A DNA stretch of 63,001 nt from Octopus sinensis. Taxonomy: Eukaryota. The stretch covers positions 1-63,001 of the forward strand of contig NW_021831999.1 of NCBI RefSeq assembly GCF_006345805.1. The letters are read 5' to 3'. Of this stretch, positions 25,655 through 37,944 are shown one piece after another; within the stretch, counting starts at the first letter, position 1; every line of letters begins with the position of its first letter. The position numbers and the translations under genes were made by a program. Below the pieces are notes generated by a model. That model had not been told where the DNA came from, ran no database searches, and saw only the letters and a program-made list of their open reading frames with translations.

Positions 25655-25825
25655 GGCGCAGGCGTGGCTGTGTTGTAAGAAGCTTACACTTCGCAACCAC
25701 ATGGTTCGGGGTTCAATCTAGCTGTGTGGAACCTTGTGCAAGTGACTTTTGCTATGGCCTAGGGTAAATGTCTTCTACAAAGGCTTGTGAGTGGATTTGG
25801 TAGACGGAAACTGAAAGAAGCACGA

Positions 25826-25876
<51 letters not shown>

Positions 25877-26302
25877 TATATATATATAAATACACGTGCT
25901 TTTAAAAATTTTATTTGTTTCAGTCATTTGATTTCAGCCAGGCTGGAGCACCGCCTTTAGTCGAGCAAATTGATCCCAGGACTTATTCTTTGTAAGCCTA
26001 GTACTTATTCTATCGGTTTCTTTTGCCGAACTTCTAGTTTACGGGGGCGTAAATACACCAGCATCGGTTGTCAAGCGATGTTGGGAGAACAAACACTGAC
26101 ACACACATACACACACACACACACACATATATATATACGACAGGCTTCTTTCGGTTTCCATCTACCAAATCCACTCACAAGGTTTTGGTCGGCCCGAGGC
26201 TCTAGCAGAAGACACCTGCCCATAGAGCCACACAGTGGGTTTGAATCTGGAACTATGTGGCTGGTAAGCAACCTACTTACCACACAACCACTCCTGCGCT
26301 TA

Positions 26303-26397
<95 letters not shown>

Positions 26398-26674
26398 ATG
26401 TATGTATGTATGTATGTATGTATGTATGTATGTATGTATGTGTGTGCATGTGTGTGCGTGTGTTTGCGTCTGCGTTTATTTCCCCCTCCTCCGCTTGACA
26501 ACCGATGCTGGTATGTTTACGCCCCCGTAAGCGAAAGTTCCTGATAGAATAAGTTCCAGGTTTTAAAAGAATAAGCGCTGGAGTCAATACATCTGAACAA
26601 AAAAAAAAGTGTCAAAGGCGCTGCCCCAGCATGGTCGCTGTCTAATGACTGAAACAAATAAAAGATAAAAGATA
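25655..26674 (+). mobile_element. SINE family B with a complete inverted family B copy (25908-26299) nested in its internal microsatellite
   Basis: Order: head(+) 25655-25828, (TA)n, tail(-), (CA)n, head(-), (TATC/TGTC/TATG)n, tail(+) 26461-26674. Confidence 0.8.
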
Positions 26675-27659
26675 ATACATCTTTTGGTCTATCCCTCTGG
26701 ATGATTGTTGAATGTTATGATGAGGTTTTGACTGTTGCATAAAGGAAGCTGTCTTTGAGAAACCAATGTTAGTATTCACTTCTTGCTTTTTCCATTATTG
26801 TTTGGTGATTGCCCTTAAAAGTAAGTCAGTGATGATGTTGTAACCACCAGCACGAGTATTTCAAATCCGTTGTTTTTATTGTCTGGTTTATTGATGCCGT
26901 TTTTGTGAATTTTTATTACATTCGTTATGAATTTTATTACATTCGTTGCTACTATCAGTATTTTTTTTTTGGTTTTTTAAACAGCTGTAATATTCATTGT
27001 GTTCGTGATGTGTCTGCTATGGTTGCTAATGTTGATGTTGGTACTGTTTTTGATGATCTTTTTTTCCGGCAGAGAGCCTTTCAGTCTTTATGGTCACTAC
27101 ATGTGTAACATTTTAAGTTTCTGTCTCCGGTCAATAACACTACTCTTGTATGTCCAAATGAAATTTTATTTCTCATGTGACAGTATAACATGATTGCTGA
27201 CTTGCCTCCTTACATAGCTTGAAACTCAAGCATTTAAACCAATTAAAGAACTAAATTTATCTCCAAATCTAATCGAATATACTTTCTATTCATGGTATGA
27301 CGTGATCATCTGAAGTGAATAATGTTCCCAAAGCTCTCATGGTAACTTCTAGAGTTCTATTGTACATTTTCTGAAACACAGTTTTCTTTCATTTTCTATT
27401 TCTCATCAGACACCGCTCGTTATTTCTTTGCCGATCATTATACATTTCTGAGCTTGTTATCCTACCTTTGTGTTGAAGTTCACAGACAAATGGGAGTCCA
27501 TCTAAAATTCTAAATGAAGCGCCAAACGTCTTTCAAGAAATTCTATAAATATGATTTGGATTGGAGAGTCTACTTATTCCAGTAATGATTTGTTACAGTC
27601 TTTCACTGGCAGCAAATTAATTTACTTCCATCACTTTATCAGGCACCGGACCTTTGTTT

Positions 27660-28100
27660 AATAATGGTTTCAGATTTTGGTCCAAGGCCTGGAATTTCAG
27701 AGGAAGTCGATAACACCGACTCCAGCGCTCCACTGGTACTTGTTTTATTGAGCCCGAAAGAATGAAAAGCAAAGTCAAACTCAGTGAATTTTGAACTCAG
27801 GTCGTAAAGAGCCAGAAGAAATGCCGCTAAGCATTTTGTTCAGCATCGGAACGACTCTGCCAGCTCCCCGGCTTACGCCTATGTGAATAATCCTTGCTAC
27901 TATAGGCACAAGGCCTGAAATATTGGGGTACGGGGATATCTGATTCCATCCATCTCAGTGCTCAACCGGTACTTATTTTATCGACTCCGAAAGGATGAAA
28001 GACAAAGCAGACCAAGACGGAATTTGAACTCAGAACGTAAAGACAGACCAAATGCCGCTAAGCGTTTTGCCTGTTGTGCTGACGATTCTGTCACCTCGCT
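27660..28100 (-). mobile_element. Two tandem SINE family A copies
   Basis: Units ~27660-27872 and ~27890-28100, each with caaggcctg tail and gaatttgaactcag core. Confidence 0.8.
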
Positions 28101-29292
28101 GTCCAACTCTAAGTTTAATATCGACTTGTCGCTGCGTCTCGATTTATTGCTATGATTATAGCTTCCTGTCGCTTTGAGGCTGTGTTAATATTTTTTTCAA
28201 TATCAAAATATCAAATGCTATAAATTTTAATAGTAATGCAATGCAGTCCTTCGGGTGATTTCAATGTCCAATTTGTTGCAAGTCTATTACTGCAAGATAC
28301 TAAAGTTTTCTAATATTCAATTATTTTCATGTCAGCTGGGTGGTATGTTTCTTTCGATGGAGTTTAGTTGCTTTTATTTAACCCCAGGAAAATCTGCTGT
28401 AGTTGAGCAGATATAAGGTCAGACGTATTCCATAAGTGACCATCCCATCTTTTTGTTATTTAATTTTACCTAGGCAGAATCAGAAACAGTTGCCAAAAAG
28501 GCGCTCTCCGTTTTTATTGTTGTTCTTCCTGCTTTCGTTGTTTTCCTGTTGTCGTTTTTCTTGTTACCCCTGCTGTTGTTCTTTGACCCTAAGTCAGTCT
28601 ACTCTGATTAAGCAGATCAAAAGTCAAAAGTGTTCTAATCGTGACCATCCAATCTGTTACTTTGACTTATAACACAGAATTAGAAAAATAATTGCGCAAA
28701 GCACGCATGTTATTACTATCATCGTTATCGCTGTTCTTATTTGCTGTTCATACCATTGACTTTATATTTCTGCTGATGTTCAGCCATCTTGTTTATTCAG
28801 TCATCTTTTTGCTGCTGTCACTATAGATGTTGATGGTGAAACTGTTGTCGCTGCAGTATCAATTTTGTCTTATTGATGTTGTAGCTGCCGTGGTGAATGC
28901 AATTATTTTTATATCTGTCAGAACTATGACTACTGCTAGTGTTGTGGTCACTAGCGATAGTATAAATGCTACTTACCTACATACAGTAAGTAAAGTGATA
29001 CAGCTGAAGTCGTTATCATTGTTATTGACAGCCAAGAACTTCTGTACTATCATAGAGACTACCAAGTGAGACCTCTGTCTCTGCTTGACTCGAATCACCT
29101 CTCACTGCCAAGTCAAAGTTGACATTGTGTCTCGAATGCATATAAAGCAGAAAAGGAAGCAGTTTCGTCCTTGCCCACTGGCAAATAGCTAAATGGGGAA
29201 TGCTGGTAACTATAGGAACCAAGATTTCAAGTTTTGCTAACTATAAGTAACTAAGTAACTTTTTATTTTTTATCTAACTGGTAAGATGAATA

Positions 29293-29525
29293 CCCATTTC
29301 TTTACTACCCACAAGGGGCTAAACACAGAGGAGACAAACAAGGACAGACAAATGATTAAGTCGATTACACCGACCCCACTGCGTAACTGGTACTTAATTT
29401 ATCGACCCCGAAAGGATGAAAGGCAAAGTTAACCTCGGCGGAATTTGAACTCAGAACGTAACGGCAGACGAAATACGGCTACGCATTTCGCCCGGCGTGC
29501 TAACGTTTCTGCCAGCTTGCCGCCT
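29293..29525 (-). mobile_element. Young full-length SINE family A copy with a 20-bp target-site duplication
   Basis: tctaactggtaagatgaata at 29273-29292 and 29526-29545. Confidence 0.95.
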
Positions 29526-31529
29526 TCTAACTGGTAAGATGAATATCGTCGTAATCACCACCACCACCACCACCACTGTCTTCATCATCATCATCATATC
29601 ATCATCATCATCATCATCATCATCACCACCACCACCATCACCAGTAAGAACAGTAAAAACAACAACAACAACAATAACGAAAACAATAGTAACAGATAAC
29701 TTTAGCAACAACAGTATTAATAACAGAAAGAACTGCAACAGCAGCACTAGCAGCAACAGTAACAATGACGGCAGCAGCAACCAAGAACAAAAACAACAAT
29801 GAGTCAACGATTATGTCTCAGCGAAGTCACCGATCTTGCTAGAAATAATTGCTAAATTTTCTCAGATTACACGGCGCCCTCATTAAAAAAGGAAGAACAC
29901 GTCAGATCATGTAGTTCCAGATAAATAAAAGAAGAAAATGATAGTCACGTCTGGAGCTCTTTTTATGACATGAGCTTGCTATCTCAGTGCCAGTTGCAAC
30001 TGAAGAACACCTACAACGACAACAACAGTATCAAGGACCTCATTATCATTAGCAACAATGGTGATCATTTGCTTCAAACCAAACTACCTCAACTTGTTGC
30101 TTTGAGGACATACAGAAATTTCCTGCATTTTCAGAGATGTACAGATATTTGACTTTACTCCTTGCTCACTCTTGAAATATAACATCAAGCAGGGAAGTGT
30201 TTCCTTTGGTCACATATCACTGCCATGTCGACTTTTTATTTTACTAGATACACGCATTTAATTACTCTCTACGACTAGCAACACCAGCGAAAAATGTTAG
30301 TGTCGTCGGTATTGCTCAAAGTAACACTTTCGTCCATTAAAATAAACGTTTTAACAAAGTATGTGCATACATGCGTCAGTATGTATGAATGTGTTCATAT
30401 ATATTATATTAATATGTTGACATTGCAAAGACTATGATTAAACTGTTTAAATCGGCAATGTAAACATAAAAATATTACCATTTGCTTCGTATACAACGCA
30501 TGTATCATGTGGAATTGAATTTGTTCTTTTACTCTGCTGTATTTATTACGTTTAATTCCTATTTTTTCTTTCAACGAAGCATTTCTCTACCAAGAAGCCA
30601 TCTTGAGTTAGACGCGAACAAAAACAGAAGAGTAAAATTATATTAAAAAATTACAGACCTTATGTCTCCCCCGGTAAGAGGGTAGACGTCCAATGCATTC
30701 CAAGAAGTTCTCTGATGAAAATTGTTCTAAAAGGAGTATTTTTTTTGCTGGTTGTACTTGGTAAAAATCCAAAATCCTTAGAGAATTTTGTATACGGCAA
30801 GTACAATAACAACATCAACAAAATCAATAACAACAACACCAAAAAGCAACAGCAATAGTAATAGCAATAATTATTTCTAATAATATAGTTCAATATGTTG
30901 CATCTTCAAAGTGTCTAAGTAAATAATATATACGAATATATTAAAAAAGAGATGCAAAGAGCAACACAACAGAAAAAATGCGATGAATTTGTGCATTAAG
31001 AAAAAAGGGATATATACTAAAGGAAGTGAAGAGGTTGTGATTGCTGAACAAAAAAAAAAAGAAGATCAATAGAGATAAACATGAAAACAATAAAATTGGG
31101 AGTAAGCAAAGAAAAAAATAATGGAAAGAATACTTTCGCAACTCCCCTCAAACTGCCCCCCAAAAAGTGAATAAAAAACTGAATGGAAAACTGGAAAAAA
31201 CAAATGGGGTTGAAAGTAAATGAGGCAAACATGATATGTGGCTGAATAGAGCAAAAAAGGTTAAGTTTGATGGGGAACTTAGGAAGAAAGAGAAGCCATT
31301 ATCATAGCTACAAAAGCACAGTTAATGATAACTGGTTTAAAGTGGCAAATATATACAGTAAAGTGTAGAATATTATGGTATGTGTAGACGAAAGCAAAAA
31401 TCGTTTCGTTGCGAGCACAAGAGAAAATCATTGAAAACTCATATATTTACACATGCACGCTCATACGCACATGCGCGTGCTTATACCCCCCCCACACCTA
31501 CACACACATATATTATATATATATATATA

Positions 31530-31593
<64 letters not shown>

Positions 31594-31661
31594 CATATAT
31601 ACACACACATATATATATATACATATGTATATATATGTATATACAAATGTGTGTATATATA

Positions 31662-31715
<54 letters not shown>

Positions 31716-32219
31716 AGTGGGGAATTTTATAAATGTTCTATCGATTTCGGCTGTCGGCATTCTAATTAAGCATATGTGTATTTTCTCCCTCAAATTCCCA
31801 ATAGAAAAGTAATGTATTAATGCATATGAAACAGATCACATATTATAGCTGTACAGACATACCCGCCTTACTTCTCTTCCACACGATAACTTCTCTTATC
31901 AGCCACCAAACTGTATCTCGTACTCGATTCCTTCTTTCGGTTATGCACTGACTAATCTTTCCATCAATATTCCACCCCCCCCCCCAGAATATCAGTCCTC
32001 AGAAGAATATCTCCCACCCACGTTTTTCCTCTGCTGACATCGATTAAAAGACTTTTTTTCTATTTTATGAGTTAGTCAAAGGAGTTAGGATAATACTCTA
32101 AAGCTCCTTTGCAGGCGCTCATAGAAGATTACGGTTCTTGGAATAAAGGATTATACTGAAGTGCTTAGTGGGGAAGCTACAGAAAGGTGAGTTACAGTAG
32201 GGATGACGAACAAGCGAGC

Positions 32220-32296
<77 letters not shown>
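32220..32296. repeat. (GA)n microsatellite (others at 21620-21680 and 51885-51921)
   Basis: Direct reading. Confidence 0.95.
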
Positions 32297-32301
<5 letters not shown>

Positions 32302-32485
32302 AGAGAGTGAGGAAGGGAGGATGAAAAGGTGCGGTTTGTGTTGTGCGTATCGGAACGTACGTTGTAGTATGTTATTTCTGCGAGTTTTTGTCAATCAGCT
32401 ACGGACCGTATCGATGACACGAATTGCAGTTGACCTATGAAGGTTATAGGCGCTGCAGCTTCTCCCTGAGTAGATAATTAAAATA

Positions 32486-33034
32486 TTGGGTTATCCGGAA
32501 AGTTCGTGCCGATTTATAGTAGCTTACATTTCGACTTATTTTAGAACATGGTTGAGTCCATAAAATAGGATTTGACTACACCTCCATTTAGAGCATAGTT
32601 TAAGCTATCTTTTCGTGGAAGAAGGTTTATGTTCCTATAACCTGTGTTAATTCAGTATCCCTTTAAAATGGAAGATAAGAAAGTTCATTTTCGGCACTTG
32701 ATGCTTTGGGAACCAGACAAAAATTGCTGCAGCTTGGCTGGGATGTGTTACCCCACCCTCTATATCCACTAGATATTGCTCCTTCGGATTTCCACTTATT
32801 CAGGTCTCTGCAGAATAGTCTTAATGGTAAAAATTTCAATTCCTTGGATGACGTAAAAAGATACCTTGATGAATTATTTGCCGTGAAACCACCTCATTTC
32901 TGGGTTAAAGGAAAGACGGAGACGCATTGTGCAACAAAATGGTTCATATTTGGTTGATTAAAAATGTAATGGCAAGTATTTATTGACCTTTTTCTTTCCT
33001 TTAAAGATCGGCACGAACTTTCCAGACAATCCAA
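32486..33034 (+). mobile_element. Second copy of the non-autonomous mariner
   Basis: TA flanks 32484-32485 and 33035-33036; same TIRs and same deletion junction (gatgctttgggaacc) as 7026-7591. Confidence 0.95.
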
Positions 33035-33629
33035 TAAAATAAAGTCACAGATTCGAATCACGTGATTTGAAATATTTGTATAGTCTCTATCACTGTTGGG
33101 TACTAATTTCGTTCATATACGAGCACAAATACCAAGAGATTATTGGAATGAGGAAATAACGGCATTAAAGCAATTTGAAAGCCATTAGAGCCTAAAGTGG
33201 AATTAATGGTTCGATGTTCGAAACTGGATTTCAAAACATTCTTCAGCTATACAAAATTAGTTTACAATCAAGAATTAAGAAGAAATGCTTTCTGAATGAA
33301 AGTTTCAAATTTTCGTATTTGTGATGAAAAACGAGGACCCGGAGGCATAAACCACCAGCTAGTTGAGTCAGAAACAAGGTTTCCTCTGAAGCTATTTCAC
33401 ATAATTAACTCCCCTAATGTCAGTTGGTTTGAACTATGAATCAACAAAGAGGAAGTGTTCCTTCAGCCTATTAGAATAACAGCCAAACCACCAATCACAG
33501 ACGCGTAAATCACAAAAACTGACTTAAAAATAAATGATGGTAGCTAAGAACACTGTGGGAAATATGTTAGATCTTACGCTTATCCTTAGCCATAGTTTTT
33601 CTTTAGTTTTTTTTTTTTTTAAAGTTGGC

Positions 33630-33830
33630 TTTACATTGGGCAGCAAGACGTCACCACCTTACCAGGTGATTCTAAGTTGCTGCTAATCTTCTTTGAAGGT
33701 GGTGCGTCAATTTTCCTTGGGTCTCTCTCATTCTTCGTCCCTTTCGTGAAACCCATTATTCAGCTGTCTTGGTTAGTCGTTCTTCTGGCGGTCGAAAAAC
33801 ATGACCTGCTCAGTTAAGGTGGAGAACAAA
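33630..33830 (-). pseudogene. Degenerate 3' end of an RTE/L2-like LINE ORF
   Basis: Minus-strand HVFRPPEERLTKTAE*WVSRKGRR resembles the GHVxRMxxxRLxK..W....R-G-R tail of these LINEs. Confidence 0.4.
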
Positions 33831-34030
33831 TACGCTAAGGAAACCGGCCCTTGTGAGTCAGTGTGACCCGAGAAGGAAACTTTACTCTACATTATATATA
33901 TATATATATATAATTTCAGTAAAAACAATTAAGATTCAAGTGAGTTCCAATGAATTCACATGAATGCGGTACTTAACTTAGATGCACCAGAAATCTATAT
34001 GGTATTAACCATAAAATAATGTGGGGTGAT

Positions 34031-35867
34031 TATAAACAAGAAAAAAGCAAGATAAATGATAACACAGCTTTAGATAACAACATTACCTATAATAACGATA
34101 ATTATACTCATAGTAATCTGAATAGCAACAATATTGGATATCTATCCTTAAATAATTCTACATCTGATGATGATCCCCCTAGATGTAATTGTAGAATTAA
34201 GTCAAAATGCCCGACACCTGGTCTGTGTGGGGTAAATAACGTAATCTATAAATGTACCATAACTACTGAGAATAGCAATTTTTTTTATTTAGGTTGTACT
34301 ATAAAATTTAAACAAAGAGTTAGCAACCATATCTCCTCATTTAAGTTACGTCATAAAGCTGGTTGCACCACACTTTCAAGTAAGATCTGGGAACTCAAAA
34401 ATAATAATATTAAATATAACCTTAATTGGGAAATAGAAGAGCGATGCCTTAAAGAAATAACAGGGTAGGTTGCAAACTCTGCTCCATGGAGACATGAAAT
34501 TTTAAGGCATAGAAAAAATAAAAAATTGTTAAATAACCGTATTGAATTAGGGATCCCTTGTATTCACTAAAAAATTAAGACACTTAAATATTTTAAATAA
34601 AAATCGTAGAGAATAATCGTATAGAGTTAGGTCTATCTTGTTTTTACTAAAAAAGCAAAACTCTAATATATATATATATTTTAAGTAGATATCTGTGAGC
34701 TCTTACTGGTGTTCTTTCTTTCTAACTATACCTGTTTTAGAACACAAAGAAACAAATGGTATTTGTAAGTTGCCAAAAATTTTAATTGACTATATAGTTA
34801 ATTTACTTTAATCTAATTTAATTAACCCAACCTAAATCAAATAAATTGCTAATACTTACTAATTCTATTCTAAGTTTAATAAGTAATGCTACTCCCTTAA
34901 TAATAATATAAAGATTTTTCACTATGATTTTCACTATATTTTGAATAAACAATACTCTCACACCTTTTACTATAGAAATTAATTGACCTCTAGGTATAAA
35001 CTTAAAGTTTGTCTTACAATGTATAAATATCTGTATAAATAGAAATGTTAATAAATAAATAAATAAATAACCTCCTGTTCTAGTGTTGCACTTAAATCTC
35101 TTAATGTATTTTCCTCTTCTGATAGCCTTTGAACTCTTTGATACTTTCTTTTGTTATCTTTATATTCTTATACCTGCCTTTAACTCTGTAGGAGTGGCAG
35201 TTAATAGCTGTATGATTGTCAAAAGTAATGTTCTCTTTTATAAATTATAAATCTCAGATTCCTGCAACAATGACCTAGATTTTCTGTCACCATAGAAATA
35301 AACTAAACTTTGTAGGTTGTGTACTTACACAATTCCTCCCATAATCTCCCATAATGTCCTTATTTGGGCGGTTTCTGCTTGACTGACTTCTTTTGAGACT
35401 TCTGTTAGCCAATATAGTCAATCTCTTCTTCCAACTTAGTAGTTTTGTGAAACGAATAGAAGTGTGATCAACATCTTCTCATATATCAGGAAATTACATC
35501 TACATTATTATGGATACATTCATCTTCTCTGAGTATGAAATATCTCCTCATATCTCCGGAAATTACACCTGCATTATTACGGATGGATTTACCTTTTCTG
35601 TGAAGCTAACAAACTTTTTTTTTTTAAAAAACCTTTTATAAAACTGTGCATCATTAGAGAACTTTTGAAGTCTGCTTACAATCTAACTTTGGTTTTCATA
35701 GAACTCTCTTCGATACACCCCCTAGGATGTTTGGAAAACTCATATGTGTTTTGGCTGATGAATACGGGACACTTGTATTTGCTGCAATATTTGCAGCTTT
35801 TAATAAAGCTGTTCTTCGTATGAAACAATTGTACTGAACAACTAATCCATTCTTGTTGCTTTTTTCT

Positions 35868-35875
<8 letters not shown>
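34031..35875 (+). mobile_element. 5'-truncated PLE: Asn-rich linker, GIY-YIG endonuclease, long 3' region with hammerhead
   Basis: CNCRIKSKCPTPGLC, VIYKCTIT..FYLGCT..FKQRVSNH, later GCKLCSME and CIH after frameshifts; hammerhead at 35750-35838; ends in (TA)n. Confidence 0.9.
35750..35838 (+). ncRNA. Type I hammerhead ribozyme-like motif with intact core and extended stem II
   Basis: TTTGG/CTGAA stem I (two G-U pairs); CTGATGA 35755-35761; ATACG..CGTAT stem II; GAAA CAATTG TA; predicted cut after 35833. Confidence 0.7.
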
Positions 35876-35930
<55 letters not shown>

Positions 35931-35931
35931 T

Positions 35932-35965
<34 letters not shown>

Positions 35966-35999
35966 ATATATATATAATATATATATAGATATATATATA

Positions 36000-36030
<31 letters not shown>

Positions 36031-36069
36031 AATGTATATATATATATATATACATGATATATATACATT

Positions 36070-36103
<34 letters not shown>

Positions 36104-36159
36104 ATATATATATAGATATATATATATATGTATATATATAAATGTATATATATATATAT

Positions 36160-36245
<86 letters not shown>

Positions 36246-36265
36246 ATACATGATATATATATATA
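35870..36265. repeat. Long (TA)n tract (similar tracts at 4880-5155, 31500-31710, 39825-40060, 53465-53742, 55690-55760, 58210-58400)
   Basis: Direct reading. Confidence 0.95.
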
Positions 36266-36799
36266 GATTAATATTCAAATTAAAATCAGGAAAATGGAGA
36301 AGTAGCGTTAATATAAGTTATTAACTGCAAAAATTCGGCAAGATTTATATTATGACTATTATATTAGGAACATTATTATTCACACCAAAATAATTGATAA
36401 CAAGCCAGTAATTCATTGGGTACTTTCTATTCCTTAAGGCGATAATTTTAACCTCTATTTAAATTTATATAGTTAAATAAGAAGAATGGAGAATTGGAAA
36501 GGATGATACCAATTATTTTGAATTTGCAATTTATATATTGGGCTGAATTGAAACGTGCGTAGATTTTTATTTGACTATAGTTTTTGTGTGTTTTTTTTGC
36601 AGTTTGGAGGTAAGCAAGTTGCATGAATACCAAAGCGACAACTTCCCATTTAATCTGTCCTATTTAGTTTAGAAACTAGCACTCAGTTATATAGTTGGCA
36701 TTCTTGTGTGAATCAAATATTTCAAATATTTCGGACCTAGGTGGTTGATCACGTTGTTGTTGAGTTCAGGGTAAGCTCATAATTGAGCTTCTTTTGTTA

Positions 36800-37198
36800 T
36801 TTATTTATTTTTTTCAGTCACTGGACTGCGGCCATGCTGAGGCATCGCCTTGAAGGGTTTAATCGAATAAATCGACCTTATACTTATTCTAAGTCTAGCA
36901 CGTACTATAGCGATCACTTTTGCTGAATCGCTAAGTTACGAGGCTTAAGCGAAGCAACATTGGCGGGCAAGACACGGTGGGGAACAAACGCAAACACAAA
37001 GAAATACGCGCGCGCACAAACAGATACAAACACACACACACAATGGGCTTCCACACACTTTCCGCCGCCTATCAAATTCACTCACAAGACCCGGGGTCAT
37101 AATAGAAGGCCCAGCCCAAGGTGCTGCGCAGTGGGACTGAAACTAAATCCATGTCGTTGCAAAACGAACTTCTTGACCACACATCCATCCTTGCGCCT
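36800..37198 (-). mobile_element. Full-length SINE family B with a short internal microsatellite
   Basis: Head ends cttgcgcc at 37198, CA-rich spacer ~37000-37040, tail to ~36800. Confidence 0.8.
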
Positions 37199-37944
37199 GT
37201 CTGTGATCACAGAGTTTCTCGTAATAATCCATTGTTGCTCCTTTATTCCGACACAGAAGAAATTTGCTATCATTTCCAGCGTGTCAACAGAGCACATTAA
37301 TGATCCCACATCGTCTCCTATTTATGTTTTCCACAAGGATAAAATATACATCTTGCCTTGGGACAAATAAATTTTTGTTAAATTAATGTCTTATGAGAGA
37401 GGAGTGGAAAAAATAATAACCGAGTTCAACACCTTAGAGCTAAATATTTCATCGTCCAATGGGATAATGCATTGAAATTTGATTAACAAATATGTGACAC
37501 CAGACTAAATATTATAAAACATGACAGGAGTCTCATTAATATTTGCATAAACTGTACCATGTTAATCTCAAGGGTATTATCGACGTAGACGAAGTAGAAA
37601 ACTACGAGCAAATATGACCGAGGCGTTGATGTGGTGGCGCGTTATTAGCGAATTATACGTGTTTTTGTTTTTACAGCATGGCATTCTTTAGAAAACTCGC
37701 TTTGACACACAGACGCCCACACACACACTACTCAAACGCACGCACACACACAGACAAATCCATATAGATATATATGTGTGAATATATACATACATACATA
37801 CAAACATATATATATATATATACATGTACACATGTATCTATATATATATAAACATACATATATATATGTATATACATTTACATATATAGACATATAAGTG
37901 AATATGCATGTTTGTATTATGTATATATATATTATATATATATA

